From Amphiscolops sp. MND2022 (taxonomy: Eukaryota), in NCBI GenBank assembly GCA_964187785.1, contig OZ076409.1:57104001-57168000 (forward strand): a stretch of DNA of 64,000 nucleotides. Reading direction: 5' to 3'. Positions 1 to 13,099 of this stretch are shown one piece after another. The notes below the pieces were generated by a model that saw nothing but the letters and a program-made list of their open reading frames with translations, did no database searches and had not been told where the DNA came from. Both the position numbers and the translations under genes were made by a program. Position 1 is the stretch's first letter, and each line of letters begins with the position of its first letter.

Positions 1-539
1 TCAGCAGCGATAGATACTGCGAAACACACCGACAACTAGATAACAATAACAACGATGCCGAGGAAGGACCGAGCACCAGCCGCAACTTCCCGACAATGCC
101 CGCAAAGAAAAAATACAAACGGGTAACCGTTTACGATTCGTCCAACACAACCGACCATAGCTCAGGAGAAGACACCCCAAACTCCGATAGAGGAGAAGAG
201 GATCCGGAAGAGGCAGACCTCAGAGCCGAGATCGGACGTGAAATCGAAAGACTGCGGGAACAGACACCGGCACCCACAACACAAGTCGGATGTAGCACCG
301 GACGGGCCAATACTCCACCACAGCCGGATATTCAGGGCACACCGATACACCGCCAAACAACGCTCGACACTGGAATCGAAATCGCTGAACCAGGAGACGG
401 GATAACAGGTAAAATTAGGGCGGATCAAAACTCTTACTTTGAAAAAAATCAAATAAAATCAGAACCTGAACCGCGTAGATCCGAAAGGATAAAATCAGCA
501 CGAAGAGTAGTGAAACTAGGTGGGGTAGAATATTTTTAA
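1..539 (+). CDS. 3' end of a retroelement ORF (probable disordered C-terminal tail of Gypsy Pol/integrase), truncated by the window edge
   Basis: Low-complexity charged ORF ending ...PRRSERIKSARRVVKLGGVEYF*. It is followed ~120 nt later by a polypurine tract and an LTR-like TG start. No catalytic domain is visible in the window. Confidence 0.55.
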   Translation, partial: SSDRYCETHRQLDNNNNDAEEGPSTSRNFPTMPAKKKYKRVTVYDSSNTTDHSSGEDTPNSDRGEEDPEEADLRAEIGREIERLREQTPAPTTQVGCSTGRANTPPQPDIQGTPIHRQTTLDTGIEIAEPGDGITGKIRADQNSYFEKNQIKSEPEPRRSERIKSARRVVKLGGVEYF

Positions 540-657
540 AACCTTTACGTTTAGGAGACACCTACACTTTCACCACTCCAGCTCGATTCCCGTTCACCCC
601 CTTTCCACGAATCAAGAAAGACACTGCACGACAACAGTGGTTCCCTTAGAAGGTCCC

Positions 658-931
658 GGAAGAAGGGGAATGTGGCATGAAATGGCTAAACAAACCATAC
701 TGCCAAAATGGACAGTGAACTACCTGCCACTTTTATGACGTCATGTAACACTGATGCATATATAGAAAATGAGATGATAGATACTTTTTAGTTTTGCTTT
801 GATCGATACGTACTTGCTTATAATACACTGTATTTATCCTCCTGTTTCACCGAGTTACTTCATTCACGCTTCATTTTACCCTTACGGGCGCCTTCAACGG
901 AAACGGAAACGAACCGAACCACCTGGAAACA
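658..931 (+). mobile_element. Polypurine tract (658-670) and probable 3' LTR of an LTR retrotransposon (from 671; right end uncertain)
   Basis: GGAAGAAGGGGAA is followed directly by TGTGG; TATA-like CATATATAGA near 757. The end at ...GGAAACA (931) is a guess because the partner LTR lies outside the window. Confidence 0.5.
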
Positions 932-1888
932 GTCAATTAACTGCAAGCATGAATTGAAATGACAATCCACTTTCATTTTGAGTTCAAATCGCTTGCGGGC
1001 ATATCTGTGCTGATTTAGGCGCGTCAAAAAAGATTCGCATCGGCACCTCTAGAAATATCCAATATCACAGGAAGCTATCCTTTTTGCAAATTCAGTTCGC
1101 TTACCTTGTTAATTAAGATGCGGAAAATTTCCCTGGCAGACTTGAAAATTTTTGAAAAGTTTGAAAAGAGTTTGTGTTGGTGGAATTGAATGTTGGAAAA
1201 ATTTTTTAGTTCAACATGAAAGCAGTAAACAAGACTCTTTTTGAACGTTTTTTTTTCCTCCAAAAATGAGACACACTCTAAACTTCGCTCTGTTCTACTT
1301 TCAGTTAAAAGTCAGATTATCAAAACAGGTTGCTCATTTTCTACAAAATTGTTCATTGTTTTTCGCATTTGTTAACTTAATTCTTTTGTGATTTAATCTT
1401 TGTTCTAACTCGTTCCAAAACCGTCACTGTGAATTTCGAGTTTCATGTGGATAAATGTTTGGCGCATGAAAATACAGAACGGTACAGAAAGTTTACGCAC
1501 ACCTAGTTTTTTGGAGATTTCTCAATTTTTCAGCTAGAAAAACAAATTTTGTAGTCATGGTTCATTGTTTGTTTCAAGCATTTCTCGATCGAAGCATTCT
1601 ACCAACGGTACCCTATTTTAATAAACTTATCTCAAACTATTTCCCAAAATTATCTCCCACCAATGCAGAACAATGCGGAATGATTTTTGAATGATTTTTT
1701 TGCGAAAACCCAAGAGTATTAATTGACAAGAATTCGTGTTTGAAAAAGTGAGAGTCTAGATCTTCGATACCTTGATTTAACCGTGTGCAACTTTATTCAT
1801 TATATGGAATTCAGTCCGCGTACAATTATTCAGAGGTTTTCCACAATCTGAATTTAGATGGCCTCAATTTTATACTAGTTAAGCAGCC

Positions 1889-2570
1889 GGGGTACGGAAA
1901 ACCCAACACAAGAAAACTCAACACACGAAAACTCAACACAGAAAACTCAACACATAGTGAAAAGCAGAAAACTCAACACAAGAAAACTCAACACAGAAAA
2001 CTCAACACAAAATCTCAACACATTTAATTATTATTAGTTAACACCTCAATTGAGTTTAGTTTCTGAAATCTAACTAATTGTTAAATCCGTATAATTTCCG
2101 TTCACACTTAATCACAATTGCGACTCATTTCAAACACACATAAAATTCATTTTATTTTCCTTATACTAAGCTGTTTTTCACGTTAAAACGTTGCTTACAT
2201 TGGTCGAAACCATGAAACAAAACAATAGAAAAAGTCTAAACGCAAACACAAACATTCTAGAAAAATTGTGTCAAATGCATAAATTATCAGCAGTACTAAT
2301 TTTAAAAACACTAATGTAAACTAGATGAAATTCTAAGAAACTTTTATCTCTGATGTTTTTCAAAATTCTCGACCGATTTCGAGAAAATCGAGCCTGAAAT
2401 CGCCCGGGGGACGTTTTCTTAATCACAGTACTGTATATCACGATTATTGAAGGCTTAAAATGTGTTGAGTTTTCTGTGTTGAGTTTTCGTGTGTTGAGTT
2501 TTCTTGTGTTGAGTTTTCTGTGTTGAGTTTTCTTGTGTTGAGTTTTCTTGTGTTGAGTTTTCTGGTAATC
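1889..2570. mobile_element. Non-autonomous foldback/MITE DNA transposon (Mutator-like) with inverted arrays of a ~14-16 bp repeat
   Basis: Left arm of tandem GAAAACTCAACACA (1897-2022) and right arm of the reverse complement TGTGTTGAGTTTTC (2461-2562). Flanked by an exact 8-bp direct repeat AAGCAGCC (1881-1888 and 2571-2578). Confidence 0.8.
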
Positions 2571-5500
2571 AAGCAGCCAGACCAACTCTGTCAGTCCGCA
2601 AAAACATGACAGCAGCTTTCGTCTGCTTTGCAAATAGCCTGAAGCTGACACGAATACAAACCAGTCTAACTTGTCTATTTTGAGAGTTGACCTGCACCAT
2701 TAGATACACAAATGACAAAGTGTCAAAAATCGGAGATGAAAATGACTTTTGATAGGTCATCATAGAGGAAGAGAGAATTAGCCTAGAGCCTTCCTTGCGA
2801 AAATTCCAAGTTCAACTCATTTTCTATTGGAATAAATTCAAAAAGTGCTGAAAAGTCTTTCAAAAATCATTCACACATAGTTTGCATCTGATCGCTGAAA
2901 TTTTTACTGTGCATGGAATGGGAAGGCCAGGGGCTTTTCATGCAAATTTCTTTTACTAGTTGCAAATTTCGCTAGATTATAACACAAATTTACATGTCAT
3001 TGCTTTGCATTGATGTTTCATGATTCATGGGTTCGGCATGCTAAGAATAGTTCCATGATCATGTAAAGTTATGCATGATTTTTGATGAAAAACCATAATG
3101 CCATGGATGATCATGAGTGGAATGCCATGAATTCAACCTCACCAAATAGAAAATTTCCTCTAAATTGATGAAATAAACCTAGTAGTTCGACGTTATTTAA
3201 ATTAAAAGACAATGGTATCTGATTGGTTTCTGCTGAAATGCAAAAATTATCACATACTTGCTAGAAAGTTCCCTGCTTAACAAAACATGTAACTTTCTGT
3301 CATGAAACTTCATAGCTAAATCATGGGGTCTTATCATCGTCATTATCATGGTTAGTTCTTTGATTGGAATGTAATGAAATTTGAAAACCAGAAAGATTGA
3401 TGATAAATGAATTACCTCGTTGAGAATGGCCTTTCTTTAGGTTTTACATGCAGTCAGAAGGTTTTTACCCTAATGTATTCATTTGAAAAAGGGAGTCAAT
3501 CATTTTTCTGCAAGATTAACTTCGACCCAAAAGACTTCAGCCATTCTGCCAGGGAGTTAATATAACATCGAGGTCTTGTGCTAGTTTATCCTAATGAGTC
3601 GGACGCATTTGACATTTGGAACATATCCCTTGCTTAAAATACTTGATCATAAATCAAATCAATGACATAATCGAAAAGAGTTAATTCAATGAAATCAATA
3701 CTCCCCGGGAAAAAATTTCAAAGGAATGATGAAGCCTCTAGAAATAGTTTTAAAATAAAAGATACAATGAATAAAATATTCGAGCGAAAATCAATTTTAC
3801 GAAAAAGATGAGGGGAAAAAGTTTGATGATGTGTATGCCATATGGAACACAATTAGTTTTTGATTAACTTTTTGCCCCGAAAGCACGAGCTGTTAACAAT
3901 TTTCAGAAACTCCGAAGTAAACAAACTTTTTTATATTCTTTTTATGTTGCCGTAAATTTATGTTTTCAAACAAAACCCGACTGCATGATGAATAATTGTT
4001 GAATATGTCTAATTTTTAATACGTATGAAACCTAAATACAATTTTAAGTGTCTGTATGTGCTTCCATTTTTTCAGGGAAAAATAAAAATTGGAATCTAGC
4101 TGAATCCAAGTATCTGCTGAGTATTAGTATTTTTCCAATATGGACTTTTTCTAATATCAATTGAAGCCACGAATTTGAGGAAATAAATGAAAAGTCGTGT
4201 TTAGTTTGTTTATCTGTATTCTTTTCTTATTTCCCACATATTTTCCCGCGATTTTCCCGCTTTGTTCACATGCAGTCATCACCTATTTAATCCCTCCCCG
4301 GAATGACAGCGCGGAACCCCCCTCTCTCTGGAAAGAAGCTACGAGAAAGATGGGCATTCATTGATTTTTGATCAGCTGCAATTTTTCGTGGGAGGAATTC
4401 AATTTAGCTTTTATGCCACCCGTTCAAAAATGTAAATAGAAACATATCACGTAAGTAAACAAAGGTCACCTTGAGTGGATGATTATGAAAACCAGGTTGT
4501 TGAGTTAAGGAAACAAAATTAAAAAAGATAGAAACCTGTCAAAGGTATTGATTTTTTGGGAAGTGATTCAATCACTTGAGAATTATCTCGAGTGACTTCA
4601 ACTGAATGCGTTAATGCCATAGTAGGAAGAACCGAATCTGACCGGAGAAGGTTGGAGTAACTACAGAAAAATGTTTTTCTTCAATAATAGGGTATGAAAA
4701 ATAGAAATCTAGCATAATCAATAATACAACTTTCAGCTAAAATCGGACATCAAAATTATTTTTGGAGCCACTGGAAAATAGTATATTTGCTTATTTTTCC
4801 GCCAACTCTAACTAAACTTGCGTCCTCAAAAGGTTTTGAAAAAATTTCAATTTTATAGCTTTTTTCACAGAGAAACACTATTTCACGAAGTCGTCGGAAA
4901 AAAATCAAAATGAGCCAAAAAGCTGAAAGACACTAGTGAGTAAAAGTTGGAAGACATTTAATTAAGTTGGGTTTTGTAAAAGCATAAAAAACTCAAAACA
5001 ATATAAACGAGACGCCCGCTGAGCAGCGAGATATTTTCTGCCCCAAACTGTTCTACAACTACATAAATTTGAGGCTCATAAATAGCCAATGCACTATAAA
5101 AACGCAAAGAAGTTGAAGAAAAAAGCTTTGATTCATCTTAGCCCATTTTGAAGGAAACCCCTAACTTATTCATTCTGCGATAGCCGGCCAAGTTTTGTTT
5201 TTTTTGAAGTATGCAATTTACCGAGAAAAGAGAAAAATTTCATGGAATTTGTTTAAAATAAATTTCGGCAATCATTTTTTGCAGTTTTTAGACTTGAGGT
5301 TTTCTGTAAAGGAATCAAATTTATCGAGTCTTGAGGGAGACTTCTTTGTTACTTTTGATCATATGGAAAGGCGAGGTTTCTTATTGATTGTAGAAATTAC
5401 CTCTTTTCAGTTTTTTCGACCCTCTTTCCGAAACATTCTATTGGTCAAAGAGTACCCTTGCTTTAATAGCTGATTTCGGCTTGAGAAAAGAGTTCGGCCA

Positions 5501-7299
5501 TCATAAAATGTTACCGGAAATAAAAATTAGGCAAATTACTTTTTTTGATTCCTTTTGGGCAAAAAGTGGTTTCCTAGTCACAGGCGTACTTTTTGAGGCA
5601 ATTTTTGTCACTGAGAAAATGGCAAACAGCTTGGAACTAGGTCTTTTGCAAAATTGGGAAAGTTGAGCGATCCCGAATCGTTATGTTATCGCACATAATT
5701 TCACCAGAAGTGCTTAAAATTGGAAATAGGTTTGACAACTGTGAGGCCAATTTGAGGAATTTATCTAACATGAATCTACAGATGCCTCTTCAAAATTAAA
5801 CCTACTGGACACCGAATTTAACTTTTGTTTAATGTTTACACCATTCTAACCCACGAAATAGTTCAAAACGTTTTCCATTGGAAGGGTACTCCTTATCTAG
5901 TGACTTTGCTTTAAAGTTTTCGAATATTAAAAATCGGACAAATGAGGTCGAAACTTACGTTTTCAAGTAACGTTTCTGAAGGTTGTGCAAATATACTTGT
6001 CTGATATCTTTTCGAAACACTAACGGTAGCTACACGTTTCAATCAATCTTGAGCCTATGATATTTCTCATTGAAGTAATGTTGCGGAAAGTGTCCAATAT
6101 TGGCACCATGTTGTCGAACGTAAAGAAAGTTCGGAATTTTTGACACCTTTGTCGTAAACTCTATGCTTTTCATCCCACTTTTCTCCCATTTGCGTTTTGA
6201 AAACTCTTTTGTTTAAAACGCTCAGGTCATTGGAAGTTATATTCTCTAAAAACTTTTGTGGTTTGAACAAAAATTAGGATTGGTTTGTCAAACAACGTGG
6301 TTTTTGTTTTTTCATGGATTTTTGGGTGTTTTTGAGGCCAATAGTAACAAAAAATGCAGTTATCTCTTCAAAGTTGCCGACTGAAAATACCCGAATTAGT
6401 AATTGTTGAGTTTTTAAAACCAAAATTTTAAAACCAACCATTTCAATTTTTTTAGTACTTGGGCCTTTCTGAGCAATCTTTTGACTAGAAACTAGGCATT
6501 TTTTGAAAAACGTGCTTCGAACCTAATTGTTATCTCGAGCTTTTCGAAGCCTTTATTTTACCGAAATTTTCTAATTTCAAATGAAAAGTTACTGGGAATG
6601 TCAGAAGTCGACAAAAATTTTGACCTTTTCCACTTTTCGCGGTCAATTTTCAGCCAGTTTTCAACAAAAGTCTGCAAATGTTCTTCAGAAGCCTAATGGA
6701 TTATGAGTTCCGTCTTTGCTTAACGTTTGCCAACATTCTGACTTCAAAACTAACCAAAAAGTACACTAGTTGCCCAAAAACAAAGATGTTGAAATTTTTC
6801 GACTGCTCTGGAGTCATTCTGAAGTTTTTTGAAGCAAAACACTGCAATGTTTCCTTCAATAAAAGTAAAGCATAGCTGGTTGTTTTGTTTTTGACTTGAT
6901 TTTGTGGGAACTTAGGATGAACTTTCTCAGAAATACTACAAAAATTACATCAAAAAAGGCAAAACCTTCAATTTTTTGACAATTCAGGTTAATTTGAGGC
7001 AAATTTCTTTTACAATTTGAACTTATCGCGAAACGAAAGCTCACAGAAACAACAACTTTGCCCATGCCTTTGGCGTTTTATTTTCTACTCCGCGAAGTTA
7101 ATCGATTTTTTGACGAAAATTCAACAAAAATAGTAAAAATCGGAAAATCTTCGAAATTATGTTCTGTTTTTGATGTCGAATCCGGACAGTTTTTGTTTGG
7201 AAAACTGCGTTTATCTCTTTTTACATATCTGAGCTTACTTATCTAAGCGTTTGAAAAACTGCTTTTATCTCTTTTTACATATTTAAGCATATTTATCTA

Positions 7300-8340
7300 A
7301 GCATACTGGACAACACATTTTTTTTGACACTTTTCAACGTTTCAATTGACGAAGTCTGTTGAAATTTTGGGAAAAAAAGCATAAAATCTTCGAAAATTGA
7401 AAAATTTTGAGAGTATTGTCATTTTCGGCGTTAAAGGGAGACATTTTTATCAAAACATTAAAATTGTGTATTCATAAAAGACTACTGGACAACCAACCAT
7501 TTCTTTGTTGACCCTTTAAAACATTTCAATCCACAAAGTCCTTCAAAAATTTGGAAAAAATGCAAAAAATCTTCGAAATTTGAAAAATTTTGAGATTTTT
7601 GTCATTTTTGGCGTCAAATTGAAACATTTTTTCCAAAACACTGCAATTATCTCTTCATAAAGACTACTGGACAACCAACCCTTCCCTTTTTGACCCTTTA
7701 AAACATTTCAATCCACAAAGTCCGTCGAAAATTTGGAAAAAAGCTTAAAATCTTCGAAAACTGAAAGTTTTGGAAATTTTAGTCATTTTCGGCGTCAAAC
7801 TGAGACATTTTCTTCTGAAACGTTGCAATTATCTCTTCATGAAAGACTATTGCACAACCAATCCTTTCCTTGTTGACCCCTTAAATCATTCCAATCGGTG
7901 TCAATTTGAGACATTGCAACTTAGAAAACTGTACTAAACTTTTCGGTAAAGCCTACTGGATACCACATTCTTTCCTTGTTGACCCTTATCATTGTTCCAA
8001 TCCACAGAATCCGTCAAAAATTTGGAAGAAGATGCGTAAAATCTCTGTAAAATGGACAGTTATTGAATATTTGTCATTTTCGGTGTCAATTTGAGACACT
8101 TTCAATTAGAGAAAGGCAATAACCTCTCCGAAAACGACTACAGGACAATCAACTTTTTCCTTGTTGACCCCTTAAAACATTCCTATTCACGAAGTCTGTC
8201 AAAAATTTGACGAAAAATGCGTTAAAACTTTGAAAAATGGAAACATTGGGGTTTTTGTCATTTTAGGTGTCAATTTGAGATTCTTTTCTTTTGGAAAACA
8301 GCAATTATCTCTTCGGGAAAACCTACTGGGCAATACTGTT
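7300..8340. repeat. Degenerate tandem repeat, ~180 bp unit, about 6 copies
   Basis: Recurring ACTACTGGACAACCAACC..TTGTTGACCC(C/T)TTAAAACATTTCAATCCACAAAGTC..GTCATTTTCGGCGTCAA near 7305, 7483, 7665, 7846, 7953, 8137 and 8322. Confidence 0.75.
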
Positions 8341-9815
8341 TTTTTGTCTTTTTTGGGTCTTTTTCTTTCCACAAAAAAACTTTTTCAACTTTCTATTCCA
8401 CAACATCTATCGTAAAATTGACAAAAACTGCATTAAAAAGTAAAATACTTGAAAGTTTTGCAAATTTTCTTTTCCTGGTGTCATTTTTGGCTCATTCTGG
8501 GGTCCTTGGGGTCAACCAAAAAAGTCCAGAAATCTCCACAAATACAAATCGCACGAAGCTAATTCTATGTGAGTTGAATTCTATGGGTAACACTCTTAAA
8601 GCTAAATATAAATTTGGTGCTTGGCAAATTTTGTGAAAAAAAACCGTTTGGTTTAAATATTTTCCTTTCCCATATGAAAGATGGGCGGAAAATTATAAAT
8701 TCATTATATTCACAACACTACTTTTTGTTCTTTCACTCACACATGGGTATAAAAAATGAAACTGTCAGCCATTTTTGGTAGGCGCTTCTTGACAGCAAAA
8801 CAGATTTCACACTGAAAGAACTAGAAAACATCCAGAACTTCTTTGATCTCCTCAAGGTTTTTCATGTGGTCAGTTCGAAATTCCCTAGGATCACCCTATG
8901 AATAGTTTTCAGCAGCGTAAAATTTTAAAGAATTCTAAACAAACAGCATACACAAGGAACCTCCTAGTGTTAGGTCTATCATATTTCAAAACAAGGCCAA
9001 AAAAATCAAAACTCGGACCCTAGGACTGTTTTTTGCACGTGTTTCCAAAATATAGAAATATTCAAAGGGATCTCAGATAACCAAAAAAGTATCTATCCGG
9101 ATTCGTTATATTCGAATTTTATGTTATATGTTTTTTATCAGAAGATGTCATCTCAATCGAAAAAAAAAGATGAGAAGTTTACCGTAAGCTAGACTGGAGT
9201 CCACGCCTTCCGTCAGATGAGAGACAAAAAAAACAGAAATGAAGAATTCTGCATTTGAATTTTTGACGTTATACCCGAATTATCTCAATTTATTTATGTT
9301 CTGTCCAAAAACGCTACTTACAGAGTGCAATCAGAACAATCAACCAGAGCGGCATTCAGACCCACGTCAACAGGACACCACGACTTCAACTGGAACATTC
9401 CATTGGCTGCCAAATTTATTTTATAAGTTGTAAAGTCTAAATTTTACGCACTTCATAAGAAACCTCACTAAAAAACGACTAACAGGGAGGAAATACTGCC
9501 ACAATACTGTGGTAAATTGGAAACGGAAATTCCGATGGACGATCGGACAAAATGCTATCACGTAAATGACGAACATGGCCAGGTTAAGCGAACCAAGTCC
9601 AATACATTTACGCAAGCTCTTGGCACTGTTTCGATTTTTCTTCAGAAATGAAATCAACGTGCAACATAGCAGAGCAGACTTTGACCTAAAACTTTGAGGA
9701 AATGCAGAATCAGCAGCGGAAGTTTAGAAACGTATCCTAGAGGTGGAAAATGTTTCTGAATTTGAGACAATAGTCGCAACCGAACAGTTAGCCTCGAAAT
9801 TCTTCTTATCTCTCA

Positions 9816-10277
9816 TTAGGGAGTCAACCGGTCAATATGAGTTAGAAAAAAATAGCCGGGAAGGACACAATCGGGGTCACATCTGTTACGACATGCTATC
9901 GAGTCGTTTTGAGATGAACTTATCCTCACTGACTTTGTAGGGGTATAAAAGTTTCTAGTTTCTTCTTCTACCTCTTCCTCAGTATTTTCCCTAATATTTC
10001 CCCTTGTTTCAGGTTTTAGTAGTTTCAACATCTCTCTCTGGGATTCAGCAAGAAGAGTCTTAATTTCCGATGTTATCTCATCTTTCAAGGATGCCCTTAA
10101 ACTCTCCAAGAAACTATTTTCAATCCGAGGAGATTTTGATCTGGAAGGACCCGACATGTCTACGTCCTGGTTTGAAGAACACGAATTTTCTACCACTATC
10201 GGAGAAATAAAACCTTCACTTACGTCCTTGTCGCCTTGTTGCTCATTCCTTCTTTTCTGACTTCTAGTTGTAGACAT
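9816..10277 (-). pseudogene. Duplicate of the gag N-terminus carried in the 3' LTR; runs out into flanking DNA
   Basis: Nearly identical to the first ~131 aa of the 24357 ORF (MSTTRSQKRR...IACRN), diverging exactly at the LTR end (9884). Confidence 0.9.
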
Positions 10278-12370
10278 TTTGAAGAAAAGTTTTATCTTGA
10301 AGAATTGATTTTTCCAAAGATAATTTTCAACAAAGTTAGCTGAGATTAGAGTTTAGCGAAATTGAGAATTCAACTGAATTAAACAATTGCAAAAGACTGA
10401 GTCCCTGAGTCAATGAAAATCATCCTATATATACCCTCCTAGCATCATTTGATCACGATTAAAATCCTAATTTTCCCCGAACAATTAGTCATTTCCTGTA
10501 TTTTCGATGAAAAAATCATTTTGTTCCCTATTTTACGTCGATAACTCGTCAATTTTTGAGACACGACAATTTCAATCTAACATTAGTCATCAACCACGAT
10601 CATATCATTTCAGCTCGGCGTCCTTTGCTTTCCTCCCAAGCAGGAAGTAGATATTACTTCAGTCTGTCAAACCGGAAATGATTCCCTGTTTTACTGCTTT
10701 GGTTCGTAGGAAAATGACGCTGAGATGACGCTGACGTGAACAACTAATACCTGATTTTGAATTTTTACTTGAAGGAAATGCTATGACTAATGTTTTCAGC
10801 TTTGGAATTTCCAATGATGCTAGGAAAAGTGAAGGCAAAGCTATGGAATTAGCTTCAATTTTTTGAGTTGAATTCCCAATTCAAATAAATAGTAATTAAA
10901 CCAAATTAACGTAACACCAACGTTTACATTAGAAAACTAGAATGATTTGGCAACAGCTCTTGGCTACTACAAAATTGGCTGAAAAAAGGTGGACGGAGCT
11001 ATGACGTACCAAAATCAAAGGTATTAATGAGTATGAATTTCATAATTGAATTCATTCGTACTCAAGTTTAAACTCTGACGTCTTAACGTCGTTGGACCGA
11101 ACTAATCAAGGTGAAACAGTCAGTTGCCAAAAATGGTATGAAAATGATCACAACGAGATGTATAAAACGACAACAGGCACAGTTGTATTGGGGGGAAACC
11201 ACGAACATGAATATTATAAAAATATGACCTCATTATTAAAATATAATCTTTGCCGGTTCATAGCCCACAACTTTCAGATACGTCAGATTGACGTCAAGTT
11301 ATACGCAATCATATTTATGGTCTGCTTCAAACAGCATAAAATGTACATTAATAGCATTCTCCCTTGGAATAAACTGTGACTTTAATTATGAAGAACATGG
11401 AAATCCTAATCGGATCATTTTACAATGTGATTCCAAAAGATTAGTATTTTTATTGACGGGAACAGGACGTAAATTATCAAGTTTTATCCTTAACCTCGTA
11501 GAGCTCTAAAACATCTTTAAACGTTTCCCTTCCGTCAAATCCGACATATTAATATTCATTCAACTGAATTGGATGGATTAAACCGACTATTTTGATGGAT
11601 TTCGGACGTAACGTGGACGTACGTATTAAGATTGGCTATAGACCGCCGGTATTGGACGTAACGCGGACGTAAATTTGAAGTAAGAATTAGTCTGCGCCGA
11701 GAAAGCAATACCGTGACGTCACTGTGGCGGAAAATTGGAATGATTTTAAGTAGTGTCACTAATATAGGCGGTAAATTGGAATGGTTCTCTAGTGAGCACG
11801 GACGGAACGGTGACGTCATATTATATACTTTCAAGTCTGCTTTTTACCGACGCCTAATATACATGTATCCTTTATTTTGTTTACCTAGCGCAGTGCCGAC
11901 GTCCTAATCCGCACTAATTGCTGTTCAAAGTGCAATTAAGCCGCCTTTCTTAGAAAAGGAGTATATATTTCAGTGTGTCATCTCAATGTACTTTCTATTT
12001 TAGATCCAGATAATGTCCTTTTTCCAGTGGTGATTTTGGGTATATTTTCGTTTAGATCGGTCTATGGTCTTTATTTCAAGACGCATACTTAATTAAGCTT
12101 TCAGGTGGCGAATGTTTCCATTTTGACGAAATGAAAACGTCCTGCCGGAAGTGTGTGAAATCATTTTGGTTCATTTTAGTTTCTGTTCTCATTTTCATTT
12201 AAACTTTGCGCAAGTTAGACGTATTTTTAGTCACAGTTTATCCTAACATTAGTATGAAAGTTCGAGTCAGTAGCCAAAATACCTTTTCGAAAGTTTCGCT
12301 GTACAGCCGTGTCCTCGTCCGAACCCAATCCGCCTACATCCACAATCCAGTCCGGGAGCGGACTGTGACA
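9884..12370 (-). repeat. 3' LTR of element A (2487 bp)
   Basis: TGTTACGACA...ACTGTGACA on the + strand; matches 23964-26449 except about a dozen differences seen by eye. Confidence 0.96.
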
Positions 12371-13031
12371 GGGCCACTGTCATGGGTCGTATAACTCTCC
12401 CGGGTTGACAAAACTGGAACGGCTGATATTGATTGTTTTCCTTGTCGTCTCCTGGAGTACGTTTCGTTGTCGCTGGCTGTATTGGTGCTTGCTTTTCCAA
12501 GTCATTTAGTGGGCTAATCGGACGTGGAATTACTCTCTTCAGTGGGCCTGGGGGTGTCTCGAAAAGAGAAATATTGTCTTCTTCCCTGTGGATTTCCTCC
12601 AAATATTCGTTGATAATGCAGCTCGTGATCGATTGTGGGCTTGGTGCACGATGTCCTTCCACCACGAACACGTCAGGGTTCGATTTATTGTCGTCCTCTT
12701 CCTGTTCATCCGGACTGTCTGGACTCTCTTTCATTGAGCTGTATTCGGACTTCGGCGAAGCGTTGTTAAGTTCTCCTGATTCTAGGGATTCGAAAGACGA
12801 ACTCAGCCGCATTCTCTTGCAGTCCGCTTCTAACGAGTCCGCCGAGATGTCGAAATACTCTTCTTCGTCAGCTACTGCTCTGGCGGATGAATTTGAAGCA
12901 TTTAGGATGACTCTAATATTGGGTAGTGGCCCACTGGGAAGGGGAGTTGATGATCTCTCCGACGCCTCTGTTCCGTCTTCACTATCTGACGAGATGTCTA
13001 TTAGCTCGTATATTTCCAGTAGATGGGTCAT
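12267..13031 (-). CDS. Element A ORF3: acidic Ser-rich disordered protein with SIM-like motifs, overlapping the 3' LTR
   Basis: ~254-aa ORF from ATG 13031 (frame open further upstream to ~13150). Contains LIDISSDSED, YFDISADSLE and DVFVVE; the last ~34 codons lie inside the LTR. Confidence 0.6.
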   Translation of the reverse strand: MTHLLEIYELIDISSDSEDGTEASERSSTPLPSGPLPNIRVILNASNSSARAVADEEEYFDISADSLEADCKRMRLSSSFESLESGELNNASPKSEYSSMKESPDSPDEQEEDDNKSNPDVFVVEGHRAPSPQSITSCIINEYLEEIHREEDNISLFETPPGPLKRVIPRPISPLNDLEKQAPIQPATTKRTPGDDKENNQYQPFQFCQPGRVIRPMTVALSQSAPGLDCGCRRIGFGRGHGCTAKLSKRYFGY

Positions 13032-13099
13032 TTTCTTCAAGAAATTCTTTCTTCCTTTGCAGCGGACTTTTATCTTTGATTGTTCTTCAATGAATTCCG

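Noticed and set aside
1897..2562. Short repeat arrays as a possible CRISPR array, and the ORFs crossing them
   Set aside because: No unique spacers, eukaryotic context, and the arrays are inverted arms of a TSD-flanked element. The KTQH/KLNT ORFs are repeat translations.
2600..7200. Short ORFs in the AT-rich interval
   Set aside because: Low-complexity F/K/L-rich chance ORFs with no motifs or consistent exon chain.
11092..11907. Small ORFs duplicated at 25171-25986
   Set aside because: Duplicated only because they lie in the two LTRs; no coding signature.
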